From: Sandaracinaceae bacterium
Lineage (GTDB): Bacteria > Myxococcota_A > Polyangia > Polyangiales > Sandaracinaceae
Assembly (NCBI GenBank): GCA_044220955.1
Contig: JBGAQA010000049.1
Span: forward strand, 1 to 48,095
Direction of reading: 5' to 3'
DNA length: 48,095 nucleotides
The notes beneath the pieces are model-generated. The model worked only from the letters and a program-made list of their open reading frames with translations, made no database searches and was not told where the DNA came from. Positions 1 through 9,288 of the stretch are shown here, piece after piece. Position 1 is the first letter of the stretch. Every line of letters begins with the position of its first letter. Made by a program: the position numbers and the translations under genes.

Positions 1-327
1 GGCGCTGATCTCGTCCCACACCTTGAGCCGGTCCGCCTTCTCCTTGCTGAGGAGCACGAGGCCGTCGTCGGTCTCCTTGGACTCGACCAGGACGTCGACG
101 ACCTCACCGACCTTGACCTGCGCCTCGCCGCCGGGCCCGATGAACTCGTACATCGGGATGACGCCTTCGGACTTGTAGCCGATGTCGACGACGACGTTGT
201 CCTTGCCGAGGGCGATGATGGTTCCGGAGACGATCTCGCCTTCCTTGAGCGAGTCGGCCTTCGCGACGGAGGCCTCGAAGAGCGCGGCGAAGCTGCCGGC
301 CTTCGGAGTGGTGGTGCTGGGGGTCAT
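1..327 (-). CDS. rpsA: 30S ribosomal protein S1 (5' part; runs off window)
   Basis: Own translation from ATG 327: MTPSTTTPKAGSFAALFEASV...GEIVSGTII...VVVDIGYKSEGVIPMYEF, the typical S1 N-terminus; follows cmk as in the cmk-rpsA operon. Confidence 0.95.
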   Translation of the reverse strand, partial: MTPSTTTPKAGSFAALFEASVAKADSLKEGEIVSGTIIALGKDNVVVDIGYKSEGVIPMYEFIGPGGEAQVKVGEVVDVLVESKETDDGLVLLSKEKADRLKVWDEISA

Positions 328-505
328 CAGTGTGTGGGGACCTTTCTCTCGGAGCGCGGAACGACCCTGGGGCGGAAGACGTCGCGGACGCGAGCGCATC
401 GCCGAGGGGCTGGACCGACCCGGCCTGTAGCCAATTTGGCTCTAGGCCTTCGCGGTGGGCTGGAGTTCGGGGTTGCGGTGGTACGGGGCCGACGGAGCGA
501 CCCCG

Positions 506-543
506 CGGTTTGGGGCCGACACGACTAGCAGCGCCCCAAACCG
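506..543 (-). terminator. 11-bp inverted repeat just after cmk stop (hairpin in the rpsA leader region)
   Basis: CGGTTTGGGGC (506-516) / GCCCCAAACCG (533-543); no U tract, function uncertain. Confidence 0.35.
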
Positions 544-546
544 GCG

Positions 547-1263
547 TCAAACCGGCGCCGACCCGGGCCGACCCGGGCCACCCGGGCTGCGGGCGCGGAC
601 CTCGGACTCCATCTTCAGGACGACCTCGTCGAGGGTGAGCGCGGTGCTGTCGAGCAGGATCGCGTCGCGCGCCTGCTTCAGCGGCGCGGTCGCACGCATC
701 GAGTCGCGCTGGTCGCGCTCGCGCATCTCGCCCAGCACCTCGTCGAGCGTCGTGAGGGTGCCCTTCGCGAGCAGCTCCTTGAGCCGGCGCTTGGCGCGCT
801 CCTCGTCGCTCGCGGTGAGGAAGAACTTCACGTCGGCGTCCGGGAACACGACGGTCCCGATGTCGCGACCCTCCATCACGACGCCCCCGGCCTGCCCCAT
901 GCCCTGCTGGACGCTCATCAGCGCGTCACGCACCGCCGGGAGCGCGGAGACCTTGCTCGCGCCCTGGGAGATGTGGGGCGTCCGGAGGTCCTTCTCGCGG
1001 TCGACCCCGTCGACGAAGAGGTGGGTCGCGTCCCCGACCCGGCGGAACTCGAAGGCCGCACCGCGCGCGATCGACGCGAGCCCGGCCGCGTCGTCCCAGG
1101 AGATGCCGCGCGCGTCGGCGGTCAGGGCCACCGCGCGGTAGAGCGCCCCCGTGTCGATGCGGACGTAGCCGAGGCGCGTCGCGAGCGCGTAGGAGACGGT
1201 GCTCTTGCCCGCGCCCGCGGGCCCGTCGATCGCCACCACCAGACCTCGCTCACGACGCGTCAC
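547..1263 (-). CDS. cmk: cytidylate kinase
   Basis: AIDGPAGAGKST P-loop, IDTGALYR, VMEGRDIGTVVFPDA; GTG 1263 overlaps the aroA stop (GTGA). Confidence 0.96.
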   Translation of the reverse strand: MTRRERGLVVAIDGPAGAGKSTVSYALATRLGYVRIDTGALYRAVALTADARGISWDDAAGLASIARGAAFEFRRVGDATHLFVDGVDREKDLRTPHISQGASKVSALPAVRDALMSVQQGMGQAGGVVMEGRDIGTVVFPDADVKFFLTASDEERAKRRLKELLAKGTLTTLDEVLGEMRERDQRDSMRATAPLKQARDAILLDSTALTLDEVVLKMESEVRARSPGGPGRPGSAPV

Positions 1264-2651
1264 GACGCGTCGTGTACCACTTCTTCGCGCACGTCGGCAC
1301 CGAGCGAGCGCAAGAGCGCCGCGAAGCCCGGGAAGCTCGTGTCGACGCAGGCCACGTCGTCCACACGCGTCTCGCCGTCGGCGACGAGCCCCAGGATCAC
1401 GGCGCTCATCGCGATGCGGTGGTCGCCGTGGCTCCGGACGTGCGCGGCCCGGAGGGGCCGACCACCGTGGATGGTCAGTCCGTCCTGGAGCTCGACGGCG
1501 TCGGCGCCGAACGCGCGGAGCACCCCCGCCATCGCGCTGATCCGATCGCTCTCCTTCACGCGGAGCTCCTCCGCGTCCCGGATCTCGGTGCGTCCCGCGG
1601 CGGCCGTCGCGAGCGCCGCGAAGACGGGGACCTCGTCGATCATGCGCGCGATGAGCTCCCCGCCGATCCGGGTCGGAGAGAGCGCAGCCTGACGCGCCGC
1701 GAGCGTCGCGACCGGCTCGTTTCCCGCGGCGTCGCCTCGCGGGATCACGTCGAGCCCGGCGCGCATGCCGCGCAGCGCGTCGAGCAGCCCCGTGCGCGTC
1801 GGGTTCACGCCGACCCCCTCGATCTCGATCTCGCTTCCCGGTACCAGCGCCGCCGCCGCGATCAGGAACGCCGCCGAGCTCAGATCGCCAGGGACGCTCC
1901 ACTCGAACGCCGGCAGCCGGCGCTTCTCCCATCGGCTCGGGTCGAGCACGCACATCGCCCCGAACGCCTCGAGCGGTGCGCCGAGCGCGACGAGCATCCG
2001 CTCCGTGTGATCCCGGGAGAGCGTGGGCTCCGCGACGGCCGTCGGACCGTCGGCCCAGAGCCCGGAGAGGAGCAGCGCGCTCTTGACCTGGGCGCTCGCG
2101 ACCTCGGTGCGGACCTCGATCCCCGTCAAGCGCTCGCCGTCCACGAGCGGAGCGACAGAGAGCGGCGGGTAGTGCTCGCCCTCCTTCTCGCCCCGGACGC
2201 CCGCGATGTGGGCGCCTCGCGCGCGGAGCGGCTCGACGACGCGGCGCATCGGACGCCGCGTGAGGCTCTCGTCGCCGAGGAGGCGCGTACCGAAGCGCTG
2301 CGCGGCCAGCACGCCCGCGATCAGGCGCATGGTGGTCCCGGAGTTGCCGCAGTCGAGCGCGCCGTCCGGCATGCGCAGGCCCTCGAGGCCGACGCCCTCG
2401 ATCCGCGCCGTGGTCCCCTCGATCTCGTAGCGCGCCCCCATCTTCGCGAACGCGCCCGCCGTCGACGCGTTGTCGAGGCCGCCCGAGAGCCCGCGGACGA
2501 TCGAGGTCCCCTCCGCGAGCGCGCCGAAGAGCAGCGCGCGGTGCCCGATCGACTTGTCCCCGGGGACGCGCGCCTTCCCGCGCAGGCGCCCGCCCGGCCG
2601 GACGACGAAGCGCTTGGTCCCCGCGGCAGGCCTCGACGACGTGACGGTCAC
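1260..2651 (-). CDS. aroA: 3-phosphoshikimate 1-carboxyvinyltransferase (EPSP synthase)
   Basis: PGDKSIGHR, DCGNSGTTMRL, SAQVKS, LRVKESDRI, HGDHRIAM; start estimated at GTG 2651. Confidence 0.96.
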   Translation of the reverse strand: MTVTSSRPAAGTKRFVVRPGGRLRGKARVPGDKSIGHRALLFGALAEGTSIVRGLSGGLDNASTAGAFAKMGARYEIEGTTARIEGVGLEGLRMPDGALDCGNSGTTMRLIAGVLAAQRFGTRLLGDESLTRRPMRRVVEPLRARGAHIAGVRGEKEGEHYPPLSVAPLVDGERLTGIEVRTEVASAQVKSALLLSGLWADGPTAVAEPTLSRDHTERMLVALGAPLEAFGAMCVLDPSRWEKRRLPAFEWSVPGDLSSAAFLIAAAALVPGSEIEIEGVGVNPTRTGLLDALRGMRAGLDVIPRGDAAGNEPVATLAARQAALSPTRIGGELIARMIDEVPVFAALATAAAGRTEIRDAEELRVKESDRISAMAGVLRAFGADAVELQDGLTIHGGRPLRAAHVRSHGDHRIAMSAVILGLVADGETRVDDVACVDTSFPGFAALLRSLGADVREEVVHDAS

Positions 2652-2658
2652 GCCAGGC

Positions 2659-3741
2659 TCACTCGTCCGCGGGGCGCGGGTAGCTGCCGAGCACACGCAC
2701 GTTGCGGCTCTTGGCCTTCACCTCCTCGATGGCCGTCAGCACGGGCCGGTCGCTGACGTGCCCGTCGAGCTCGACGAAGAAGAGCTCCCCGAGGCCGCTC
2801 GAGGCGACGCGGCGCGACTCGAGCCGCGTGAGGTTGATCTCGCGCTCGGCGAAGGGCTGCAGCGCGGCGTAGAGCGACCCCGGCTCCTCGCCCAGCGTGA
2901 GCGCGAGCATCGTGCGGTCACGGCCCGTGCGCCGCGGCGACTCGTGGCCGAGGATCACGAAGCGTATCTGGACGTTCGGATCGTCCTCCACCTCGCGCCG
3001 CACCGTCCGCAGGTCGTAGAGCTCGGCGAGCAGCTCGGGCCCGACCGCCGCCGCCCCGTGATCTTCCGCGGCGAGCTCGGCGGCCACGACGCCCGACTGC
3101 ATGTCGAGCTGCGGCGCCCGCGCGAAGTCCGCCTTGAGCACGCGAGACGTCGCCGCGAACGCCGACGCGCTGCCGTAGATCTTCTCGATGTCCCCGGCGT
3201 TCCCCGTCTTCGAGAAGAGGTGGTACTGGGCCAGCAGCGAGCGCTCGGCCGTGATGCGCGCCCGCCCGGCCGCGAGGCCGCTCAGGGTGGCGAACAGGGT
3301 CCCCTCCGCGGAGGTCTCGAGCGGGACGACTCCGTAGCCGACGCCGTGCCGCTCGAGCGCCGCGAACACGTCGCCGACCGTGTCGAGCGCCTGCACCAAG
3401 GCCCGGGAGCCGAAGTGGGCGCGCGCGGCCACGTGCGCGAATCCGCCCGCCGGACCCAGCACGCCCACCTTCACGGGCGCGATCATCTCGGCCGACGCCG
3501 AGAGCACCTCGCGGACGACTGGCTCGAGCGCGTTCGCCGGGAAGTCCCGGCGCATCTCGCGCAGCCGCGCCACCACCTCCGCGCTGGTCGGGAGCGACAC
3601 GAACGCCGCGGGGTCCGCCTCCTTGATGGACGCGATCTCGCGGACGGCGCGCGCGCGCGCGTCGAGGGCCTTCACGAGGTCGTTGTCGGCGGCGTCGATC
3701 GCCGTCCGGAGCTGGGTGATGCGATCGCGCGAGTCGGACAT
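2659..3741 (-). CDS. pheA: chorismate mutase/prephenate dehydratase (P-protein), divergent
   Basis: N-terminal LRTAIDAAD CM domain, PDT core, ACT domain (PGSLYAAL..F...INLTRLESR), LGSYP end; next to aroA. Confidence 0.85.
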   Translation of the reverse strand: MSDSRDRITQLRTAIDAADNDLVKALDARARAVREIASIKEADPAAFVSLPTSAEVVARLREMRRDFPANALEPVVREVLSASAEMIAPVKVGVLGPAGGFAHVAARAHFGSRALVQALDTVGDVFAALERHGVGYGVVPLETSAEGTLFATLSGLAAGRARITAERSLLAQYHLFSKTGNAGDIEKIYGSASAFAATSRVLKADFARAPQLDMQSGVVAAELAAEDHGAAAVGPELLAELYDLRTVRREVEDDPNVQIRFVILGHESPRRTGRDRTMLALTLGEEPGSLYAALQPFAEREINLTRLESRRVASSGLGELFFVELDGHVSDRPVLTAIEEVKAKSRNVRVLGSYPRPADE

Positions 3742-3802
3742 CGTCGGGTCCGCGATGGTAGCAGGCTGGAGGTTCTCGCTGGTTGATCCGCTGGAGTGCC
3801 GA

Positions 3803-6415
3803 TCAGCGGGCCATCGCCTTCAGCCTGGCCACGAGGTTCAGCGCATCGAGCGGGGTGAGGCGGTCCAGATCGACGCGCGCGAGCGCCTCGTCGACGGGGC
3901 TGCGTGCCGCGGCGGCCTCGCCCGCCTCGAACATGTCGAGCTGGCCCGCCACCCGGCGCAGCTCGGTGCCACCGCGCTCGAGGTCGGCGAGCACCTGCCG
4001 GGCCCGCGCGAGCACGCCCTCGGGCAGCCCGGCGAGCCGCGCGACCGCGACGCCGTAGCTGCTCTTCGCGGCGCCCCGGACGAGCCGGTGCAGGAAGACG
4101 ACGTCGGCCACACCGCCGTCCTTGCCGGGCTGCTCCCGCGCAGCGACGTTGTAGTTCGCCACCCTCCCCTCGCGCAGGCCCTCGAGGGCGCAGAGCTCGT
4201 GGTAGTGGGTCGCGAAGAGCGCGCGGCACCCGATGATCCCGTCGAGGTGCTCGGCGACGGCCCATGCGATGGCCAGGCCGTCGAAGGTGCTCGTCCCGCG
4301 GCCGATCTCGTCGAGCAGCACGAGCGAGCGCCGGCTCGCGCCCGCGCAGAGCGTCGCCGTCTCGCGCATCTCGACCATGAAGGTGCTCTGGCCGCGCCCG
4401 AGGTTGTCGCTCGCGCCCACGCGCGTGTAGATGCGGTCGACCAGCCCGATCCGCGCGCGCACCGCCGGGACGAAGGAGCCCGCCTGTGCGAGGATCACCG
4501 CGAGCGCGGTCTGGCGCATCACGGTCGACTTGCCGGCCATGTTCGGGCCCGTGATGACGAGCAGGCGCTCGCCGTCGGCGTCGACGCGCACGTCGTTGGG
4601 GACCACCGTGCCCGAAGGCGCGAGCGCCTCGACGACCGGGTGGCGCGAGTCCTCGAGCTCGATCACCAGCGAGTCGTCCACCGTCGGGCGGTGGTAGCCG
4701 CGCTTCTGCGCGAGCTCCGCGAGCCCGGCGTGGACGTCGACGTCGGCCACGAGGGCCCCGAGCGCGCGTATCCGCGACGCGGCCTGGCCCACGCGGCGCC
4801 GCAGATCCTCGAACGCCGCTTGCTCGAGCGTGCGCAGCCGATCCTCGGCGCCGAGGATCTTGTCCGCGAGCTCGTCGAGCTCGCCGGTCGTGAAGCGCTC
4901 GCCGTTCGCGATCGTCTGCTTGCGGCGGAAGTGCTCCGGGACCCGCGCGAGGTTCGCCCGCGTGATCTCGAAGTAGTATCCGAACACGCGGTTGAAGCGG
5001 ACCTCGAGGGCGGCGATGCCGGACGCCGCGCGCTCGCGGGCCTCGAGCGCGAGCAGGAGATCCTTCCCGGACGTCGCGAGCCCACGCAGCTCGTCGATCT
5101 TCGCGTCCACGTGATCACGGATGAGACCGCCCTGCGTCGCGACGAGCGGCGGCGCGTCCACGAGCACGCGCTCGAGCTCCTCGCAGACGTCGGCGACCAC
5201 GTCGGCGGCCCGGAGCGCCGCGAGCGCGTCGCCGTCCTGCCCGAGCGCGCAGATCTCGTCGGAGGCGCGCAGCCCCGCCGCGAGCGCGGCGAGGTCGCGC
5301 GGGGTCGCCACGTCCAGCTCGGCGCGCGTCGCGAGCCGCTCCAGGTCGGAGACCTTCGCGAGCCGAGCCCGGATCTCGCGGCGCAGCGGCGGATCGAGGA
5401 CGAGACCCTCGACGGCGTCGTGCCGCCGCCGGATCGCGGCGACGTCCGCCAGCGGCGCGAGCAGCCGCCGCCGCAGCGCGCGGGCGCCCATGGGCGTCGC
5501 GGTCTCGTCGACGAGCGCGAGCAGCGAGCCCTCCCGCTCACCGCCGAGCGTGCGGACGAGCTCGAGGTTCCGGATGGCCGCGTCGTCGAGGCCGAGGAAG
5601 GCCGCCGGATCGTACGACGCGATGGTCCGCACGATGACCGTCGCGCGCGACTGGCTCTCCCGGGCCGCCGCCAGCGCCACCGCCACCACCTGCCGTGCGA
5701 GCTCGGGGAGCGCCCCCGCCCGCGTCGCCTCGGCCTCCCCGAGCACCTCGCGGATGCGTGCGAGCGGGTCGGCGACCGCATGGGCGGACACCACGCGTGC
5801 GCGCGGGAGCGCCTTGGACACGGCGTCGCGCGTCGCGTCGTCGCCGACCACCAGCACCTCGCGCAGATCGAGCCGCACGAGCTCCCCGAGCAGCTCGGCG
5901 GGCGAGCGCAGCATGCAGGCGCCGAGCTCCGCGCGCGTGAGCTCGAGGGAGGCGAGCGCGTGCTCGAGACCGCCAGCCACGAGGACGCCGAGGAGGTTGT
6001 CGGCGCGCGCGTCGAGCGTGTCCGCGTCGAGCGCGAGCCCCGGGGTCACGACGCGGACGACCTCGCGCGGCACGAGGCCCTTGACCGTCTTGGGGTCGGC
6101 CATCTGCTCGGCGATGGCGACCTTGAAGCCCTTCTCGAGCAGGCGCGCGAGGTAGCCCGTCGCCGCGTGGTGCGGAACGCCGCACATCGGGATGTCCTCG
6201 CCGTCCTCGCTCTTCTGGCGCGACGTCAGGACCAGATCGAGCGCGCGCGCGGCCACCACCGCGTCGTCGTGGAAGAGCTCGTAGAAGTCGCCCATCCTGA
6301 AGAAGAGCAGGGCGTCCGGGTACTGCTCCTTGGCCCGGAAGAACTGGAGCATCGCCGGCGAGCGCTCGCCCTTCGCGTTGGTCTTCGCCTTCGGGCTCCC
6401 CCGCGCCACGGTCAC
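3803..6415 (-). CDS. mutS: DNA mismatch repair protein MutS
   Basis: FFRMGDFYELF, ITGPNMAGKSTVMRQ, STFMVEM, LLDEIGRGTST, FATHYHEL, SYGVAVARLAGLP; GTG 6415 overlaps the upstream stop. Confidence 0.97.
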   Translation of the reverse strand: MTVARGSPKAKTNAKGERSPAMLQFFRAKEQYPDALLFFRMGDFYELFHDDAVVAARALDLVLTSRQKSEDGEDIPMCGVPHHAATGYLARLLEKGFKVAIAEQMADPKTVKGLVPREVVRVVTPGLALDADTLDARADNLLGVLVAGGLEHALASLELTRAELGACMLRSPAELLGELVRLDLREVLVVGDDATRDAVSKALPRARVVSAHAVADPLARIREVLGEAEATRAGALPELARQVVAVALAAARESQSRATVIVRTIASYDPAAFLGLDDAAIRNLELVRTLGGEREGSLLALVDETATPMGARALRRRLLAPLADVAAIRRRHDAVEGLVLDPPLRREIRARLAKVSDLERLATRAELDVATPRDLAALAAGLRASDEICALGQDGDALAALRAADVVADVCEELERVLVDAPPLVATQGGLIRDHVDAKIDELRGLATSGKDLLLALEARERAASGIAALEVRFNRVFGYYFEITRANLARVPEHFRRKQTIANGERFTTGELDELADKILGAEDRLRTLEQAAFEDLRRRVGQAASRIRALGALVADVDVHAGLAELAQKRGYHRPTVDDSLVIELEDSRHPVVEALAPSGTVVPNDVRVDADGERLLVITGPNMAGKSTVMRQTALAVILAQAGSFVPAVRARIGLVDRIYTRVGASDNLGRGQSTFMVEMRETATLCAGASRRSLVLLDEIGRGTSTFDGLAIAWAVAEHLDGIIGCRALFATHYHELCALEGLREGRVANYNVAAREQPGKDGGVADVVFLHRLVRGAAKSSYGVAVARLAGLPEGVLARARQVLADLERGGTELRRVAGQLDMFEAGEAAAARSPVDEALARVDLDRLTPLDALNLVARLKAMAR

Positions 6416-9288
6416 TGATAGCTGGTCTGGGTGACCGCCAGCGGCCGGAGCGTCATCTCGACGAGCCCGCGCCGCTCGCTCTCGATCGCGTAGAGGGCCC
6501 ACATCTCCGGCGAGTACCGGAGCCCCGAGGGCAGCGCCATCTGTCGGATGCCGGTCGTCGACGCCGCGAGATCGAGCCCGAGCTGCGACGGGCCTCCCGT
6601 GAGCACCATCCGGATCTCCGCGAGCGCGTTGGCCGTCGTCGTCTGCGTGACGCCCGTCGGGCGGAAGGCGATGTGCGTGTTCCGGAAGATCACGTCGTTG
6701 AACGCACGGCCCTGGAGCGTCTCCTCGCGCGAGAAGTCGTAGCGGCAGGTCCCGTCGGCGACGCGTCCGACGCGATGCTGGAAGCCCGAGCGCGACCCGC
6801 GGACCGTGAACGCGCGGTGCGAGCGCACCTCGATGGTCAGCAGCTGGTCGCCGTAGCACCGGATCGCGTCGCCGAGGGTCGGGATGGACGTGCCGGAGCG
6901 GTTCTCGAGCGGCGTGCTCGGGTCGACCACCAGGCGGCCGACGTAGGGCTCTTGCTGCATGTCGGGGGTCGAGAGCGCGTGATCGATCCGCGCCAGGATC
7001 GGCAGCTGTGGCTCACCGAGCTGCGTGATGCCCACGACCGAGCGGCAGAGCGTCCCCATCGACGGGCTGTCGAGCGCGGCGGTCGGCATCGCCCCGACGA
7101 TCGCGAGCATGTCGCCCTCGTACGGCTCCTCGGGGCGCCCGATCGCGGCCCCGGTCGCCTCGCCGCGGCCGATGACGCCGAGCGAGCAGTAGTCGATCCG
7201 CGTGTCGATGGTGCCGTCGAACGCGCCCGACGCGTCGCGATGCGCGTTGGCGCTGGACGTGTACGTGCCAGGGATCGGTCCCTCCCACGTGGCGCTCCAC
7301 GTCTCGGGGATCGCCGCGAAGGGATCGACGATGCTGCACACGATCGGCAGGTCGTAGGTCCGGGCCGCAGACCCGGTCCCCCGCGTCGTCGTCGTGCCCC
7401 AGACCATGCCCATGGTCGCGGGGCAGGCCAGCGCCGCCGGGTCGGCCTGCGCGTCCGCCGCGAAGAGCCGGAGCGAGGGGACCTCGCTGGGCGAGACGCA
7501 GCGCTCGGCGCGGCACACGCGCCCCGACTCGCAGCTCGCGTCGCTCGTGCACGGGGCCGGCTCCGGCTCGCCGGTGGGCACCCCGGTCGTCTGCAGCACG
7601 ACGCTGCCGCCGCCCGGGAAGTAGACGGTCGGGCCGGCGTCGATCGTCACGAACGAGCTCAGGAGCTGTTGCACGCGGGGCCGGTGCCGCCGGATGTACA
7701 CCGCGATGTCGTTCCCGACGGTCGGGGCGGTGCAGTCCGTCCCCGCGATGTCGGGCACGGTCGTCCCCGGGCTCACCGTGAGCGGCGCGCCGTGCGAGCG
7801 CCCGCGGCAGGGCGCGTCGAGGTCGTACACGTCGACCATGCGGATGCTTCCGTCGGCCGCGGCCACCACGAGGAACACCCCGCGCAGCACGCTCGGCGTC
7901 GGCGGCTGGGACGGCAGCGCGGCGCTGGGCAAGCAGAGGCCGTATCCGTTCGGGTTCCCGCTCAGCGAGGGCGTGCACGCGTCGGGGCCGACCGGCGCGA
8001 GCCGCGGGTCGGCCGCCGTCGTGTCGTATTGCGGCGTGATGATCTCGAGCGCGCGGGCGACCACGGGCATCGCCATCCGGTCCGGGCGGCGCGCGCCGCG
8101 CACGTCCAGCGGGATCACCTCGCCGAAGCCGGTCGCGCTCGGATCGGAGTACTCCACCGCGAGCACGCTGCCGTCGGTCTCGTCGATCGCGTAGACGTAC
8201 CGGCTGAAGCTGACGCTGGGCGCGGGGACGACCGACCCGAGCGGATGCTGGCCGGTGGTCGAGCAGGTCCCCGCCAGCGGATCGGGGGCCAGCTCGTAGC
8301 TGTTCGGGACCCGGGGCGTGACCACCACGTCGCGCACCGGCACGCCGGTCGCGAGCGGCGCGAGCAGCGTACCGTCCGCGAGGCGGACCCGGTGGATCAT
8401 CGGCAGCGCGCGATCCGCGACGAGGATCCAGCCGTTCTCCTCGTCGATCTCGATCGCGACCGGCTCCGGGTCGACGCGGACGTCCACCTCGGTGGAGCGG
8501 GGCGGGTCGACGACGAAGGGCGCGACGGGCCCGGTGCCCGCGGCCAGGCCGCACTGACGCGTCAGGTCGGTCGTCGAGCCCGGCACGAAGGGGACCGGCG
8601 TCGCCGGATCCTCGAAGAGAGGCACGACGAGATCGATCTCGCCGAGCTGGCACGAGCCCACGATCGGCACGCGCACCAGCACGCCGAGCGCGTCCATCGT
8701 GATCCAGAACGCGCCACCGTCGGGCGCGAGCACCATGTCCGAGGGCGCGGTCGGCAGGACGTAGGGCGCGTGCAGCGGGAACGGGCTGTGATCGACCCCT
8801 GCACCCGACCGGAAGCGGCGCGTGTCGATGATCGAGATGCCCGGGTGTCGCCCGTCGACCGCGCCACGGCTCGCCACGTAGGTGCACGAAGGATCCAGGG
8901 GCGGGACGACGATGCGCGTCGGCAGCTCGCCGACGGGCACGAAGGTGTAGCCGGGCACGCTCACGTCGCTGTCGAGCACGCCACGCGCGATCAGGTCGAC
9001 GGCGCCCACCTCTCCGCGGGTCGACTGCGTGACGAGCGCGTGCATGTGCATCGCGGCGTTGGCCGGGGGCTGCCGCGTGTTCGAGGGGACGTCCACGCGC
9101 AGCGTGCAGTTGCTCAGCGGTACCACGGTCGGTACGCCCGGCCGAGACACGTCGAAGCACGCGAACGCCACGTCGACCGGATGGTTCATCGCTCGCGGCG
9201 AGGCCAGGCCGATGCCCGAGGTGCAGCCGGGCGCCGACGCCGACACGAGCGCGCCGAGCAGCGAGACCAGGACGAGCCCTCGCTTCAC
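6412..9288 (-). CDS. large Cys-rich lipoprotein, probable beta-propeller, function unknown
   Basis: Signal VKRGLVLVSLLGALVSASAPGC; propeller-like blades (PSDMVLAPDGGAFWI, PVAIEIDEENGWILVAD); Cys motif CTSDASCESGRVCRAERC; GTGA overlaps at both ends. Confidence 0.75.
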   Translation of the reverse strand: MKRGLVLVSLLGALVSASAPGCTSGIGLASPRAMNHPVDVAFACFDVSRPGVPTVVPLSNCTLRVDVPSNTRQPPANAAMHMHALVTQSTRGEVGAVDLIARGVLDSDVSVPGYTFVPVGELPTRIVVPPLDPSCTYVASRGAVDGRHPGISIIDTRRFRSGAGVDHSPFPLHAPYVLPTAPSDMVLAPDGGAFWITMDALGVLVRVPIVGSCQLGEIDLVVPLFEDPATPVPFVPGSTTDLTRQCGLAAGTGPVAPFVVDPPRSTEVDVRVDPEPVAIEIDEENGWILVADRALPMIHRVRLADGTLLAPLATGVPVRDVVVTPRVPNSYELAPDPLAGTCSTTGQHPLGSVVPAPSVSFSRYVYAIDETDGSVLAVEYSDPSATGFGEVIPLDVRGARRPDRMAMPVVARALEIITPQYDTTAADPRLAPVGPDACTPSLSGNPNGYGLCLPSAALPSQPPTPSVLRGVFLVVAAADGSIRMVDVYDLDAPCRGRSHGAPLTVSPGTTVPDIAGTDCTAPTVGNDIAVYIRRHRPRVQQLLSSFVTIDAGPTVYFPGGGSVVLQTTGVPTGEPEPAPCTSDASCESGRVCRAERCVSPSEVPSLRLFAADAQADPAALACPATMGMVWGTTTTRGTGSAARTYDLPIVCSIVDPFAAIPETWSATWEGPIPGTYTSSANAHRDASGAFDGTIDTRIDYCSLGVIGRGEATGAAIGRPEEPYEGDMLAIVGAMPTAALDSPSMGTLCRSVVGITQLGEPQLPILARIDHALSTPDMQQEPYVGRLVVDPSTPLENRSGTSIPTLGDAIRCYGDQLLTIEVRSHRAFTVRGSRSGFQHRVGRVADGTCRYDFSREETLQGRAFNDVIFRNTHIAFRPTGVTQTTTANALAEIRMVLTGGPSQLGLDLAASTTGIRQMALPSGLRYSPEMWALYAIESERRGLVEMTLRPLAVTQTSYQ

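Noticed and set aside
1251..1270. 10-bp tandem duplication CACGACGCGT at the aroA/cmk junction
   Set aside because: Both genes are intact and coupled; no sign of an insertion
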